A stretch of DNA of 64,000 nt from the human T2T-CHM13v2.0 reference genome, Homo sapiens: the NCBI RefSeq assembly GCF_009914755.1, contig NC_060943.1; one strand, written 5' to 3'. The number at the start of each line of letters is the position of its first letter. Within the stretch, counting starts at the first letter, position 1. Below, piece after piece: positions 39,101 through 56,340 of this stretch. The translations under genes and the position numbers were made by a program. Under the pieces are notes generated by a model. That model did not search any database. It had not been told where the DNA came from and saw only the letters and a program-made list of their open reading frames with translations.

Positions 39101-42100
39101 GGAGAATTCACGGGAAACGGGTATCTTCACAAAAAAGGAGACCCAAGCATTCTCACAAAGTTCTTTGTGATTTGTGCTTTCAACTCACAGACTTGAACAT
39201 TTCTTTTGATAGGGCATTGTTGAAACACTCTTTTTGCAGTATCTGGAAGTGTTCATTTGGATCGCTTTGTTGCCTATGGTGGAAAAATAAATATCTTCAC
39301 ATAAAAACCAGACAGAAGCATTCTCAGAAATTCCTTTGTGATGTGTGTTTTTAATTCACAGAGTCGATCCTTCCTCTTGAGAGAGCAGTTTTGACACATT
39401 CTTTTTGTATTATCTCCAAGTGGATATTTGGGGCGATTTGAGGCCTATGATGGAAAAGGAAATATCTTCAAATAAAAACTAGACAGAAACATTCTCAGAA
39501 ACTACTTTGGGTTGTGTGCATTCACCTCACAGAGTGGACTCGTTCTTTTGATAGAGCATTTTTGAAACAGTCTTTTTGTAGGATCTGCAAGTGTTCCTTT
39601 GGAGTGCTTTGAAGTCTATGGTGGAAAAGGAAGTATCTTCTCATAAAAATTAGACAGAAGCATTCTCAGGAACTTCATTGAGATGTGTGCATTCAACTAA
39701 CAGGTTTGAATCTGTCTTTTGATAGGGCAGTATTGAAACACTCTTTTTGTAGAATCTGCTTGTGGATATTTGGAACTGGTTGAGGAATTCGTTGGAAACG
39801 GGTATCTTCACATACAAATTAGACCCAAGAATTCTCAGAAATTTCTTTGTGATGTGTGCGTTCAACTTACAAAATTGAACATTTCTTTTGATAGAGCAGT
39901 GCTGGAACACACTTTTTGTAGAATTTGCAAGTGTTCACTTGGAGCACTTTGTTTCCTATTGTGGAAAAAGAAATATCATCACATAAAAACTAGACGAAAG
40001 CATTCTCAGAAAATCATTTGTGATGTGTGTGTTCAATTCAGAGTTGAAGCTTTCATTGATAGAGCAGTTTTGAAACACTGCTTTCATAGAATCTGCTCTT
40101 GGATATTGGGAGCTCTTTGAGGAATTCATTGTAAACGGTATATCTTCACATACAAACTACACAGAAGCATTCTCAGAAACTTCTTTTTGATATGTGCATT
40201 CAACTCACAGAGTTGAACGAACCTTCCTTTTCAGAGAGAAGTTTTGAAACACTCTTTTTGTATTATCTGCAAGTGGATATTTGGAAGGATTTGAGGACTA
40301 TGATGAAAAAGGAATTATCTTCACATATAAACTAGACAGAAGCATTCTGAGAAACTGCTCTGTGATGTGTGCATTCAACTCACAGAGTGGAACCATTCGT
40401 TTGGTAGAACAGTATTGAAACAGTCTTTTTAACGATCTGCAAGTGTTCATTTGGAGTGCTTTGAAGCCTGTGGTGGAAAAAAAAAATATCTTCACATAAA
40501 AACTAGACAGAAGCATTCTCAAGAACTTCATGGAGATGTGTGCATTCAACTAACAGTGTTTAATCTGTCTTTTGATGGAGGAGAATTGAAACACTCCTTT
40601 TGTAGAATCTGCTTGTAGATATTTGGAACTCTTTGAGGAATTCGTTGCAAACTGGTATCTTAACATAAAAAGTAGGCCCAAGCCTTCTCAGAAAGTTCTT
40701 TGTGATGTATGCATTGAACTCACAGACTTGAACATTTTTTTTTTGATAGAGAAGTGTTGAAATGCACTTATTGTAGAATCTGCAAGTATTCATTTGGAGT
40801 GCTTTGTTGCCTAAGATGGAAAAAGAGATATCTTCACATAAAAACTAGACAGAAGCTTTCTCAGAAACTCCTTTGTGAGGTATGTGTTCAATTAACAGAG
40901 TTGAACCTTTCTTTTGTTAGAGCAGTTATGAAACACTGCTCTTGTAGAATCTGCTTGTGGATATTTGGAGCTCTTTGAGAAATAGGTTGTCAACGGGATA
41001 TCCTCACATACAAACTAGACAGAAGCATTCTGAAAAACTGCTTTGTGATGCGTACATTCATCACACAGAGATGAAACTTCATTTTGAGAGAGCAGTTCTG
41101 AAACAGTATTTTTGTAGTATCTGCAAGTGGATATTTGTAGTGATTTGAGGCCTATGATGGAAATGGAAATAGCTTCACATACAAACTAGACAGAAGCATT
41201 CTCAGAAACTGCTTTGTGATGTGTGTATTCAACTCACAGAGTTCAACCTTCCTTTTGAGAGAGCAGTTTTGAAACAGTCTTTTTGTAGTATCTGCAAGGA
41301 GAGGTTTTGAGTGATTTGAGGACTAAGATGGAAATGAAAATATCTTCACATACAAACTAGAGAGAAGCATTCTCATAAACTGATTTGTGATGTGTGCCTT
41401 CAACTCACAGAGTTGAACCTTCCTTTTGAGAGAACAGTTTTGAAACAGTCTTTTTGCAGTATCTTCAAGTGGATATTTGTAGTGATTTGAGGCCTAAGAT
41501 GGAAAAGGAAATACCTTCACATATAAACTAGACCGAAGCATTCTCAGAAACTGCTTTGTGATGTGTGCATTCAACTCACAGACTTGAACTTTTCTTTTCA
41601 TAGAGCAGTGTTGAAACACACTTTTTGTAGAATCTGCAAGTGTTCATTTGGAGCGCTTAGTTGACTATGGTGGAAAAAGAAATATCTTCACATAAAAACT
41701 AGACAGAAGTGTTCTCAGAAACTCCTTTTACATGTGTGTGTTCAATTCACAGAGTTGTACCTTTCTTTTGATAGAGCAGTTTTGAAACACTGCTTTTGTA
41801 GAATTTGCTTATGGATATTTGGAGCTCTTTGAGGAATTCATTGTAAACGGGATATCTTCACATACAAACTAGACAGAAGCATTCTCAGAATTTGCTTGTA
41901 GATTTGTGCATTCAACTCACAGAGTTGAACCTTCCTTTTGAGAGAGCAGTTTTGAAACAGTCGTTTTGTAGTATCTGCAAGTGGATATTTTGAACTATTT
42001 GAGGCCATAGATGGAAAAGGAAATATGTTCACATACAAATTGAGAGAAGCAGTCTCAGAAACTGCTCTGTGATGTTGGAATTCAACTCATAGACTTGAAC

Positions 42101-45100
42101 ATTTCTTTTGATAGAGCATTGTTGAAACAGACTGTTTGTAGAATTTGCAAGTGTTCACCTGGAGAGCTTTGTTGCCTACAGTGGAAAGAAATATCTTCAC
42201 ATGAAAACTACACAGAAGCATTCTCAGAAACTCCTTTGTGATGTATGTGTAAAATTCACAGAGTTGAACAATTCTTTTGATAGAGCAGTTTTGAAACACT
42301 GCTTTTGTAGAATCTGATTGTGGATATTTGGAGCTCTTAGTGGAATTCCTTGTAAATGGGATATCTTCACTTGAAAACTAGACAGAAGAATTCTCAGAAA
42401 CTACTATCTGATGAGTGCATTGAACTGACAGAATTGAAGCTTCCTTTTGAGAGTGCAATTTTCAGACAGTTTTTTTGTAGTATATGCAAGTGGATATTTG
42501 GAGCGATTCGAGGCCTATGGTGGAAAAGGAAATATCTTCACATAAAAACTAGGCAGAAGCATTCTCAGGAACAACATTGAGATGTGCACATTCAACTAAC
42601 AGAGTTCTAACTGTCTTTTTATAGAGCAGTATTAAAACACTCCTTTTGTAGAATCTGCTTGTGAATATATGGAACTCTTTGAGGAATTAGTTGGTAAAGG
42701 GTATCTTCACAAAAAAAGTAGACACAAGCATTGTCAGAAAGTTCTCTGCGATGTGTGCATTCAACTCACACACTTGAACTTTTCTTTTGATAGAGCAGTG
42801 TTGAAACACACTTTTTGTAGAATCTGCAAGTGTTCATTTGGAGCGCTTTGTTGCCTATCGTGGAAAAAGATATATCTTCACATAAAAACCAGAAGAAAGC
42901 ATTCTCAGAAACTCCTTTGTGATGTGTGTGTTAAATTCACAGAGTTGAAACTTTCTTTTGATAGAGCAGTTTTGAAACACTGCTTTTGTAGAATCTGCTT
43001 GTGGATATTTGGAGCTCTTTGAGGAATTCGTTGTAAACGGGATATTTTCACATACAAACTAGACAGAAGCATTCTCAGAAACTGCTTTGTGATGTGTGCA
43101 TTCAACTCCAGTGTTAAACGTTCCTTTTGAAGGAGGAGTTTTGAAACACTCTTTTGGTAGTATCTGCAAGTGGATATTTGGAGCAATTTGAGGCCTATGA
43201 TGGAAAGGAAAATATGTTCTCATACAAACTAGACAGAAGCATTCTCAGAAACTGCTTTGTGATGTGTGCATTCAACTCACAGAGCTGAACCTTCCTTTAA
43301 AGAGAGCAGTTTTGAAACAGTCTTTTTGTAGTATCTGCAAGTGGATATTTGGAGAGATTTGAGGCCTATGATGGAAAAGGAAATATCTTCACTTACAAAC
43401 TATTCAGAAGTATTCTCGGAAACTGCTTTGTGATGTGTGCATTCAACTAGCACACTTGAACCTTTCTGTTGATAGAGCAGTGTTGAGACACACTTTTTGT
43501 AGGATTCTCAAGTGTTCATTTGGAGCACTTTGTTGCATATGGTGGAAAAAGGAATATCTTCCCATAAAAACTAGACAGAAGCATTCTCAGGAACTCCTTG
43601 TGATGTGTGTGTTTAATTCACAGAGTTGAACAATTCTGTTGTTATAGCAGTTTTGAAACACTGCTTTTATAGAATCTGCTTGTGGATATTTGGAGCTCTT
43701 TGAGGAATTCTTTGTAAACGGGATATCTTCACTTACAAATTAGACAGAAGAATTGTCACAAACTGCTTTGTGATGCTTGCATTCATCTCACTGAGTTGAA
43801 TATTCCTTTTCATAGAGCAGTTTTGAAACCCTCTTTTTGTAGAATCTGTAAGTGGAAACTTGGAGCTCTTTGAGGCCTATGGTGAAAAAGGAAATATCTT
43901 CACATAAAAACTAGACAGAAGAATTCTCAGAAACATCTTTCTGATGTGTGTACTCAACTCACAGAGTTGAACTTTTCTTTTGATAGAACAGCTTTGAAAC
44001 ACTATTTTGTAGTCTGCAAGTGGATATTTGGATAGCTTTGAGGAAACGGGAATATCTTCACCTAACCACTAGACCGAAACATTTGCAGAAACTTCTTTGT
44101 GATGTTCACATTCAACTCACAGAGTTGAACATTCCCTTTCATAGAGCTGTTCTGAAACACTTTTTTGTAGAATCTGCAAGTGGACATTTGGTGCGATTGG
44201 AGGCCCAGTTTGAAAAAGGAAATATCTTCACATTAAAGGTAGACAGAAGCATTCTCAGAATCTAATTTGTGATGTGTGTTCTCAACTCACAGAGTTAAAC
44301 TTTTCCTTTGAAACAGCAATTTTGAAACACTCTTCTTGTAAAATTTGCAAGTGGATATTAGGACATCATTGAGGATTTCGTTGGAAACGGAATATCTTCA
44401 CATAAAACTAAACAGAATCATTCGCAGAAACTTCTTTGTGATGTGTGCATACAAGTCACAGAGTTGAAACTTTCTTTTGATAGAGCAGATTTGAAACACT
44501 ATTTTTGTGGGATTTGCAAGTGATATTTTAACGGATTTGAGGACTTCTTTGGAAACGGGAATATCTTCACATAAAAACTACACAGAAGCGTTCTCAGAAC
44601 AAACTTCGTGATGTTTGCATTCAACTCACGGAGTTGAACATTCCCTTTCAAAGAGCAGTTTTGAAACACTCTTTTAGTAGTACCTGGAAGTGGACATTTG
44701 GGGCACTTTGAGGCCATTGGTGAAAAAGGAAATATAGTCACATAAAAAATAGACGGATGCATTCTCAGAAACTAATTTGTGATGTGTGTACTCAACTCAC
44801 AGAGTTGAACACTCCTTTTCTTACAGCAGTTTAGAAACACTCTTTTTGTAGAATCTGTTAGTGGAAACTTGGAGTGCTTTGAGGCCTATGGTGAAGAAGT
44901 CAATATCTTCCCACAAAAACTAGAGAGAAGAATTCTGAGAAACTTCTTTGTGATGTGTGTGCTCAACTCACAGAGTTGAACTTTTCTTTTGGTAGAGCAG
45001 TTTTGAAACACTTTTTTGTAGGGTCTGCAACTGGATATTTGGATAGCTGGGAGGATTTCGTGGGAAACGGGAATATCTTCACATAAAAACTACACAGAAG

Positions 45101-48100
45101 CATTCTCAGAAACTTCCATTGGTGTTTGCATTCAACTCACAGAGTTGAACATTCCCTTTCATAGAGCAGTTTTAAAACACTCTATTTGTAGTATCTGGAA
45201 GTGGACGTTTGGAGGGCTTTGAGGCCTATGTGAAAAAGGAAATATCTTCCCATAAAAACAAGACAGAAGCATTCTCAGAAACTATTTTGTGATGTTTGTA
45301 CTCAACTCACAGGGCTGAACCTTTCTTTTGATACAGCAGTTTTGAAACACTCTTTTTGTAGAATCTGCAAGTGGATATTTGATAGCTTTGAGGCTTTCAT
45401 TGGAAACGGGAATATCTTCACATAAAAAATAGACAGAAGCATTCTCAAAAACTTCTTTGTGATGCTTGCATTCAACTCACAGAGTTGAACATTCCCTTTA
45501 AAAGACCAGTTTTGAAACACTCTTTTTGTAGAATCTGCAAGTGGACATTTGGTGCGATTTGATACCTCTGGTGAAAAAGGAAATATCCTCACATAAAAGG
45601 TAGACAGAAGCATTCTCAGAAACTACTTTGTGATGTGTGTTCTCAACTCACAGAGTTAAAGATTTCCTTTGATACAGCAATTTTGAAACTCTCTTCTTGT
45701 AAAATTTACAAGTGGTTATTAGGACATCATTGAGGATTTCGTGGGAAACGGGATTATCTTCACATAAAACTAGACAGAAGCATTCTCAGAAACTTCTTTG
45801 TGATGTGTGCATTCAACTAACAGAGCTGAAACTTTCTTTTGATAGAGTAGATTGGAAACAATCTTTTTGTGGAATTTGCAAGTGGACATTTGGACAGATT
45901 TGAGGCCTTCGCTGGAAACGGGTGTATCGTCACATAAAAACTAGACAGAGGCATTCTCAGAAACTTCTTTGTGATGCTTCCATTCAACTCACAGAGTTGT
46001 ACATTCCTTTTCATAGAGCAGATTTGAAACACTCTTTTTGTAGAATCTGTAAGTGGAAAGTTGGAGCGCTTTCAGGCCTATGGTAAAAAAGGAAATATCT
46101 TCCCATAAAAACTAGACAGAAGAATTCCAGAAACTTCTTTGTGATGTGTGTACTCAACTCACAGAGTTAAACCTTTCCTTTGATACAGCAGTTTGGAAAC
46201 ACTATTCTTGTAGAATTTACAAGTGGATATTAGGACAGCGATGAGTATTTCGTTGGAAACGCGAATATCTTCACATAAAAACTAGACAGAAGCATTCTCA
46301 GAAACTTCTTTGTGATGATTGCACTGAACTCACAGAGTTGAACGTTCCTTTTCATAGAGCAGTTTTGAAACACTCATTTTGTGAAATTTGCAAGTGAACA
46401 TTTGGAGCAATTTGAGACATGGTGAAAAAGGAAATATCTTCACATAAAAAGTGGACAGAAACATTCTCAGAAACTACTTTGTGATGTGTGTACTCAACTC
46501 ACAGAGTTAAACCTTTCCTTTGATACAACAGTTCGGAAACACTATTCTTGTAGAATTTGCAAGTGGATATTAGGACAGCTATGAGTATATCGTTGGATAC
46601 GTGAATGTCTTCACATAAAAACTAGACAGAAGCATTCTCAGAAACTTCTTTGTGATGTTTACATTCAACTCACAGCGTTGAACGTTCACTTTCATAGAGC
46701 AGTTTTGAAACACTCTTTTCCTAGAATCTGCAAGTAGACATTTGGTGCGACTTGAGACCTTGTTTGAAAAAGGAAATATCTTCACATAAAAAGTAGACAG
46801 AAGCATTCTCAGAAACTTCCTTGTGATGTGTGTACTCAACTCATAGAGTTAAACTCTTCTTCCTTTGATACAGCAGATTTGAAACACTCTTCTTGTAGAA
46901 ATTAGAAGTGGATGTTTGTACAGCATTGAGGATTTTGTTGGAAACGGGAATATTTTCACATAAAACTAGAGAGAAGCATTCTCAGAAGCTTGTTTGTGAT
47001 GTATGCTCTCAACTCACTGATTTCAAACTTTCCTTTGATAGAGCAGATTGGAAACAGTCTTTTTGTCGAATTTCCAAGTGAATATTTTGACAGTTTTGAG
47101 GCCTTCGCTGGAAAAGGGAGTATCTTCACATAAATACTAGACAGAAGAATTCTCAGGAACTTCTTTGTGATGCTTGCATTCAACACAGGGAGTTGAACAC
47201 TCCCTTTCTTAAAGCAGTTTACAAACTCTCTTTCTGTAGAATCTGTAAGTGGAAACTTGGAGCGCTTTGAGTCCTATGGTGAAAAAATAAGTATCTTCCC
47301 ATAAAAACTAGACAGAAGAATTCTCAGAAACTTCTTTGTGATGTGTGTACTCAACTGACAGATTTGAACTCTTCTTTTCCTAGAGCAGTTTTGAAACACT
47401 CTTTTTGTAGACTCTGCAAGTGGATATTTGGATAGCTGTGAGGCTTTCCTTGGAAACAGGAATATCTACACATTAGAAGCACACAGAAGCAATCTCAGAA
47501 ACTTCTTTGTGATGTTTGCATTCAACTCACGGAGTTGAACATTCCCTTCCATAGAGCAGTTTTGAAACTCTCTTTTTGTTGTATCTGGAAGTGGACATTT
47601 GGAGAGCTTTGATGCCTGCGGTGAAAAAGGAAGTATCCTCACATAAAAACCACACAGAAGCATTCTCAGAAACTTCTTTGTGATGTTTGCACTCAACTCA
47701 CAGAGTTGAACATTCCCTTTCAGAAAGCAGATTTGAAACACTCTTTTTGTGAAATCTGCAAGTGGATATTTGCAGCGATTTGAGACGTATGGTGAAAAAG
47801 GAAATATCTTCACATAAAAAGTGGACAGAAGCATTCTCAGAAACTTCTTTGCGATGTGTGTACTCAACTCACAGAGTTAAACCTTTCCTTTGATACAGCA
47901 GTTTGGAAACACTATTCTTCTAGGATTTACAAGTGGATATTAAGACAGCGATGAGTATTACATTGGAAATGCGCATATCTTTACATGAAAACTAGACAGA
48001 AGCATTCTCAGAAACTACTTTGTGAGGTTTGCATTCAACTCTCGGAGTTAAACATTCCCTTTCAAAGAGCAGTTTTGAAACTCTCTTTTTGTAGTATCTG

Positions 48101-48641
48101 GAAGTGGACATTTGGAGTACTTTGAATCCTATGGTGAAAAAGGAAATGTCTTCACATAAAAACTAGACAGAAGCATTCTCAGAAACTACTTTGTGATGTG
48201 TGTACTCAACTCACAGAGTTGAACCTTTCTTTAGTACAGCAGTTTTGAAACACTCTTTTTGCAGAGTCTGCAAGTGGATATTTGGATAGCTTTGAGGATT
48301 TCTTTGGAAACGGGATTATCTTCAAATTAAAAACCAGACAGAAGCATTCTCAGAAACTTCTTTGTGAAGCCTGCATTCAACTCACTGAGTTGAACACTCC
48401 CTTTCAAAGAACAGTTTTGAAACACTCTTTTCATAGAATCTGTCAGTGGAAACTTGGAGTACTTTGAGGCCTGCACTGAAAAAGGAAATATCTTCCCATA
48501 AAAACTAGACAGAAGAATTCTCAGAAACTACTTTGTGATGTGTGTACTCAACTCACAGAATTGAACTCTTGTTTTCATAGAGCAGTTTTGAAATACTCTT
48601 TTTGTAGACTCTGAAAGTGGATATTTGGATAGCTGTGAGGC

Positions 48642-48658
48642 ATTCGTTGGAAACGGGA
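48642..48658 (+). promoter_or_regulatory. CENP-B box, near canonical
   Basis: attcgttggaaacggga. Confidence 0.8.
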
Positions 48659-51548
48659 ACATCTTCACATTAAAACAAGACAGAAGCAATCTCAGAAACT
48701 TCCTTGTGATGTTTGCATTCAACTCACAGAATTGAACATTCCCTTTCATAGAGCAGCTTTGAAACACTCTTTTTCTTGTATCTGGAAGTAGACATTTGGA
48801 GAAATTTGATGCCTGCGGTGAAAAAGGAAGTACCTTCACATAAAAACCAGACAGAAGCATTCTCAGAAACTTCCCTGTGATGGGTGTACTCAACTAACAG
48901 AGTTAAATCTTTCTTTTGATAGAGCAGATTTGAAACACCCTTTTTGTAGAATCTGCGAGTGGATATTTGGATAGCTTTGAGGCTTTCATTGGAAACGGGA
49001 ATGTCTTCTGATAAAAACTAGAGGGAAGCATTCTCAGAAACTACTTTGTGATGTTTGCATTCACCTCACGGAGTTGAACATTCCCTTTCAAAGAGCAGTT
49101 TTGAAACACTGTCTTTGTAGCATCTGGAAGTGCACATTTGGGGTAATTTGAGTCCTATGGTGAAAAGGGAAATATATTCACATAAAAACTAGAAAGAAGC
49201 ATTTTCAGAAAAAACTTTGTGATGTCTGTACTCAAATCACAGAGTTGAACCTTTTCTTTGATACCGCACTTTTGAAACACTCTTTTTGGAGAATCTGCAA
49301 GTGGATATTTGGACAGCTGTGAGGCTTTCGTTGGAAACGGGGATATCTTCACAATAAAACTAGACAGAAGCAATCTCAGAAACTTCTTTGGGATGTTTGC
49401 ATTCAACTCACAGAACTGAGCATTCCCTTTCATAGAGCAGCTTTGAAACACTCTTTTTATCATATCTGTAAGTGGACATTTGGAGAGCTTTGATGCCTGC
49501 AGTGAAAAAGGAAGTATCTGTACATAACAACCGGACAGAAGCATTTTCAGAAACTTATCTGTGATGTGTGTACTCAACTCACAGAATTGAACCTTTCTTT
49601 TGATAGAGCAGTTTTGAAACACTGCTTTTGTAGAATCTGCAAGTGGGTATTTGGATAGCTTTGAGGCTTTCATTTGAAACGGGAATATCTTCTCATGAAA
49701 AATAGAGGGAAGCATTCTCAGAAACTAATGTGTGATGTTTGCATTCAACTCAGGAAGTTGAACATTCCCTTTCAAAGAGCAGTTTTGAAACACTGTTTTT
49801 GTAGCATCTGGATGTGGACGTTTGGGGCACTTTGAGGCCTATGGTGAAAAAGGAAATATAATCACATAAAAACTAGAAAGAAGCATTCTCAGAAACTTCT
49901 TTGTGATGTTTGCACTCAACTCACAGAGTTGAACATTCCTTTTCATAGAGCAGTTTTGAAACACTCTTTTTGTGAAATCTGCAAGTGGACATTTGTAGCG
50001 ATTTGAGACGTATGGTGAAAAAGGAAATATCTTCACATAAAAAGAGGACAGAAGCATTCTCAGAAACTTCTTTGAGATGTATGTACTCAACTCACAGAGT
50101 TAAACTTTTGCTTTGATACAGCAGTTTTGAAACATTATTCTTGTAGAATTTACAAGTGGATATTAAGACAGCGATGAGTATTTCATTGGAAAAGCGAATA
50201 GCTTCACATAAAAACAAGACAGAATCATTCTCAGAAACTACTTTGTGAGGTTTGCATTCAACTCTCGGAGTTAAACATTCCCTTTCAAAGAGCAGTTTTG
50301 AAACACTCTTTTTGTAGTATCTGGAAGTGGACATTTGGAGCGCTTTGAATCCTGTGGTGAAAAAGGAAATATCTTCACATAAAAACTAGACAGAAGCATT
50401 CGCAGAAACTACTTTATGATGTGTGTACTCAACTCACAGAGTTGAACCTTTCTTTAGATACAGCAGTTTTGAAACACTCTTTTTGCAGAGTCTGCAAGTG
50501 GATATTTGGATAGCTTTGAGTATTTCGCTGGAAACGGGATTATCTTCACATAAAAACGAGACAGAAGCATTCTCAGAGAATTCTGTGTGATGCCTGCATT
50601 CAACTCACTGAGTTGAACCTTCCTTTTCATAGAGCAGTTTTGAAACACTCTTTTTGCAGAATCTGTAAGTGGAAACTTGGAGCGATTTGAGGCCTACGCT
50701 GGAAAAGGGAATATCTACCCATAAAAACTATACACAAGAATTCTCAGAAACTTCTTTGTGATGTGTGCACTAAACTCACAGAGTTGAAATCTTCCTTTCA
50801 TAGAGCAGTTTTGAAACACTCTTTTTGTAGACTGTGCAAGGGGATATTTGGATAGCTGTGAGGCTTTCATTCGAAACGGGACTATCTTCACATTGAAACT
50901 AGACAGAAGCAATCTCAGAAAATTCTTTGTGATGTTTGCATTCAACTCACAGAATTAAAAATTCCCTTTCATAGAGCAGCTTTGAAACACTCTTTTTGTT
51001 GTATCTGGAAGTGGACATTTGGGGAGCTTTGATGCCTGCATTGAAAAAGGAAGTATCTTCACATAAAAACCAGACAGAAGCATTCTCAAAAACTTCTCTG
51101 TGATGGGTGTACTCAACTCACGGTGTTGAACCTTCCTTTTGATAGAGCAGTTTTGAAACACTCTTTTTGTAGTATCTGGAAGTGGATATTTTTACAACTT
51201 TGAGGTTTTCATTTGAAACGGGAATATATTCTTATAAAAACTAGAGGGAATCATTCTCAGAAACTACTCTGTGACGTTTCCATTCAACTCGCGGAGTTGA
51301 ACGTTCCCTTTCAAAGAGCAGTTTTGAAACACTGTTTTTGTAGCATCTGGAAGTGGACAGTTGGGGCACTTTGAGGCCTATGGTGAAAAAGGAAATATAT
51401 TCATATAAAAACTAGAAAGAAGCATTCTCAGAAACTACTTTCTGATGTGTGTACTCAACTCACAGAGTTGAACCTTTCCTTTGATACAGCACTTTTGAAA
51501 CACTCTTTTTGGAGAATCTGCAAGTGGATATTTGGATAGCTTTGAGGC

Positions 51549-51565
51549 TTTCGTTGGAAACGGGA
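51549..51565 (+). promoter_or_regulatory. Canonical CENP-B box
   Basis: tttcgttggaaacggga. Confidence 0.88.
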
Positions 51566-52540
51566 ATATCTTCACCTAAAAACTAGACAGAAGCATTCTC
51601 AGAAACTTCTTTGTGATGTTTGCACTCAACTCACAGAGTTGAACATTCCTTTTCATAGAGCAGTTTTGAAACACTCTTTTTCTGAAATCTGCAAGTGGAC
51701 ATGTGTAGCGATTTGAGACGTATGGTGAAAAAGTAAATATCTTCACATAAAAAGGGGACAGAAGCATTCTCAGAAACTTCTTTGTGATGTGTGTACTCAA
51801 CTCACAGAGTTAAACCTTTCCGTTGATACAGCAGTTTGCAAACACTATTCTCGTAGAATTTAGAAGGGTATATTAGGACAGCGATGAGTATTTCGTTGGA
51901 AACGTGAATATCTTCACATAAAAACTAGACAGAAGCATTCTCAGAAACTACTTTGTGAGGCTTGCATTCAACTCTCGGAGTTAAACGTTCCCTTTCAAAG
52001 AGCAGTTTGGAAACACTCTTCTTGAAGTATCTAGAAGTGGACATTTTGAGCGCTTTGAATCATATGGTGAAAAAGGAAATGTCTTCACTAAAAAATAGAC
52101 AGAAGCATTCTCAGAAACTACTTTGTGATGTGTGTACTCAACTCACAGAGTTGAAACTTTCTTTAGATACAGCAGTTTTGAAACACACTTTTTGTAGAGT
52201 CTGCAAGTGGATATTTGGATAGCTTTGAGGATTTCGTTGGAAATGGGATTATCTTCACATAAAAACTAGACAGAAGCATTCTCAGAAACTTCTTTGTGAT
52301 TCAACTCACTGCATTCAACTCACAGAGTTGAACATTCCTTTTCATAGATCAGTTTTGAAACACTCTTTTTGTAGAATCTGTAATTGGAAACTGGGAACGC
52401 TTTGAGGCCGACGGTGAAAAATCAAATATCTTCCATAAAAGCTAGACACAAGAATTCTCAGAAACTTCTTTGTGATGTGTGTACTCAACTCACAGAGTTG
52501 AACTCTTCTTTTCATAGAGCAGTTTTGAAACACTCTTTTT

Positions 52541-55753
<3,213 letters not shown>

Positions 55754-56340
55754 TAGGCTCTGCAAATAGATATTTGGATAGCTGTGAGGCTTTCTTTGGA
55801 AACGAGAATATCTTCACATTAAAACTAGACAGAAGCAACCTCAGAAACTTCTTTGTGATGTTTGCATTCAACTCACAGAATTGAACATTCCCTTTCATAG
55901 AGCAGCTTTGAAAGACTCTTTTTGTTGTATCTGCAAGTGGACATTTGGAGAGCTTTGATGCCTGCGGTGAAAAAGGAAGTATCTTCACATAAAAACCAGA
56001 CAGACGCATTCTCAGAAACATCTCTGTGTTGGGTGTACTCAACTCACAGAGTTGAACCTTTCTTTTGATAGAGCAGTTTTGAAACACTCTTTTTGTAGAA
56101 CGTGCAAGTGGATATTTGGATAGCTTTGAGGCTTTCATTTGAAACGGGAATATCTTCTCATAAAAACTAGAGGGAATCATTCTCAGAAACTACTTTGTGA
56201 TGTTTGCATTCAACTCACGGAGTTAAACATTCCCTTTCAAAGAGCAGTTTTGAAACACTGTTTTTGTAGCATCTGGAAGTGGACATTCGGGGCACTTTGA
56301 GGCCTATGGCGAAAAAGGAAATATATCCACATAAAAAGTA

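Larger units (their letters stand above)
15271..43750 (+). repeat. Divergent/monomeric alpha satellite of the same lineage as the HOR (irregular A/B monomers, probably SF5 R1/R2-like)
   Basis: ~171-bp monomers without long exact repeats. It shares tctgcttgtggatatttggagctctttgaggaattcgttgtaaacggga and caggaacttcattgag monomer types with the HOR. The suprachromosomal family (SF) label is an inference. Confidence 0.9.

Noticed and set aside
40215-40222. 4-bp tandem duplication gaacgaac and scattered poly-T/poly-A expansions (e.g. ~35154, ~40735)
   Set aside because: Ordinary slippage mutations in decaying satellite.
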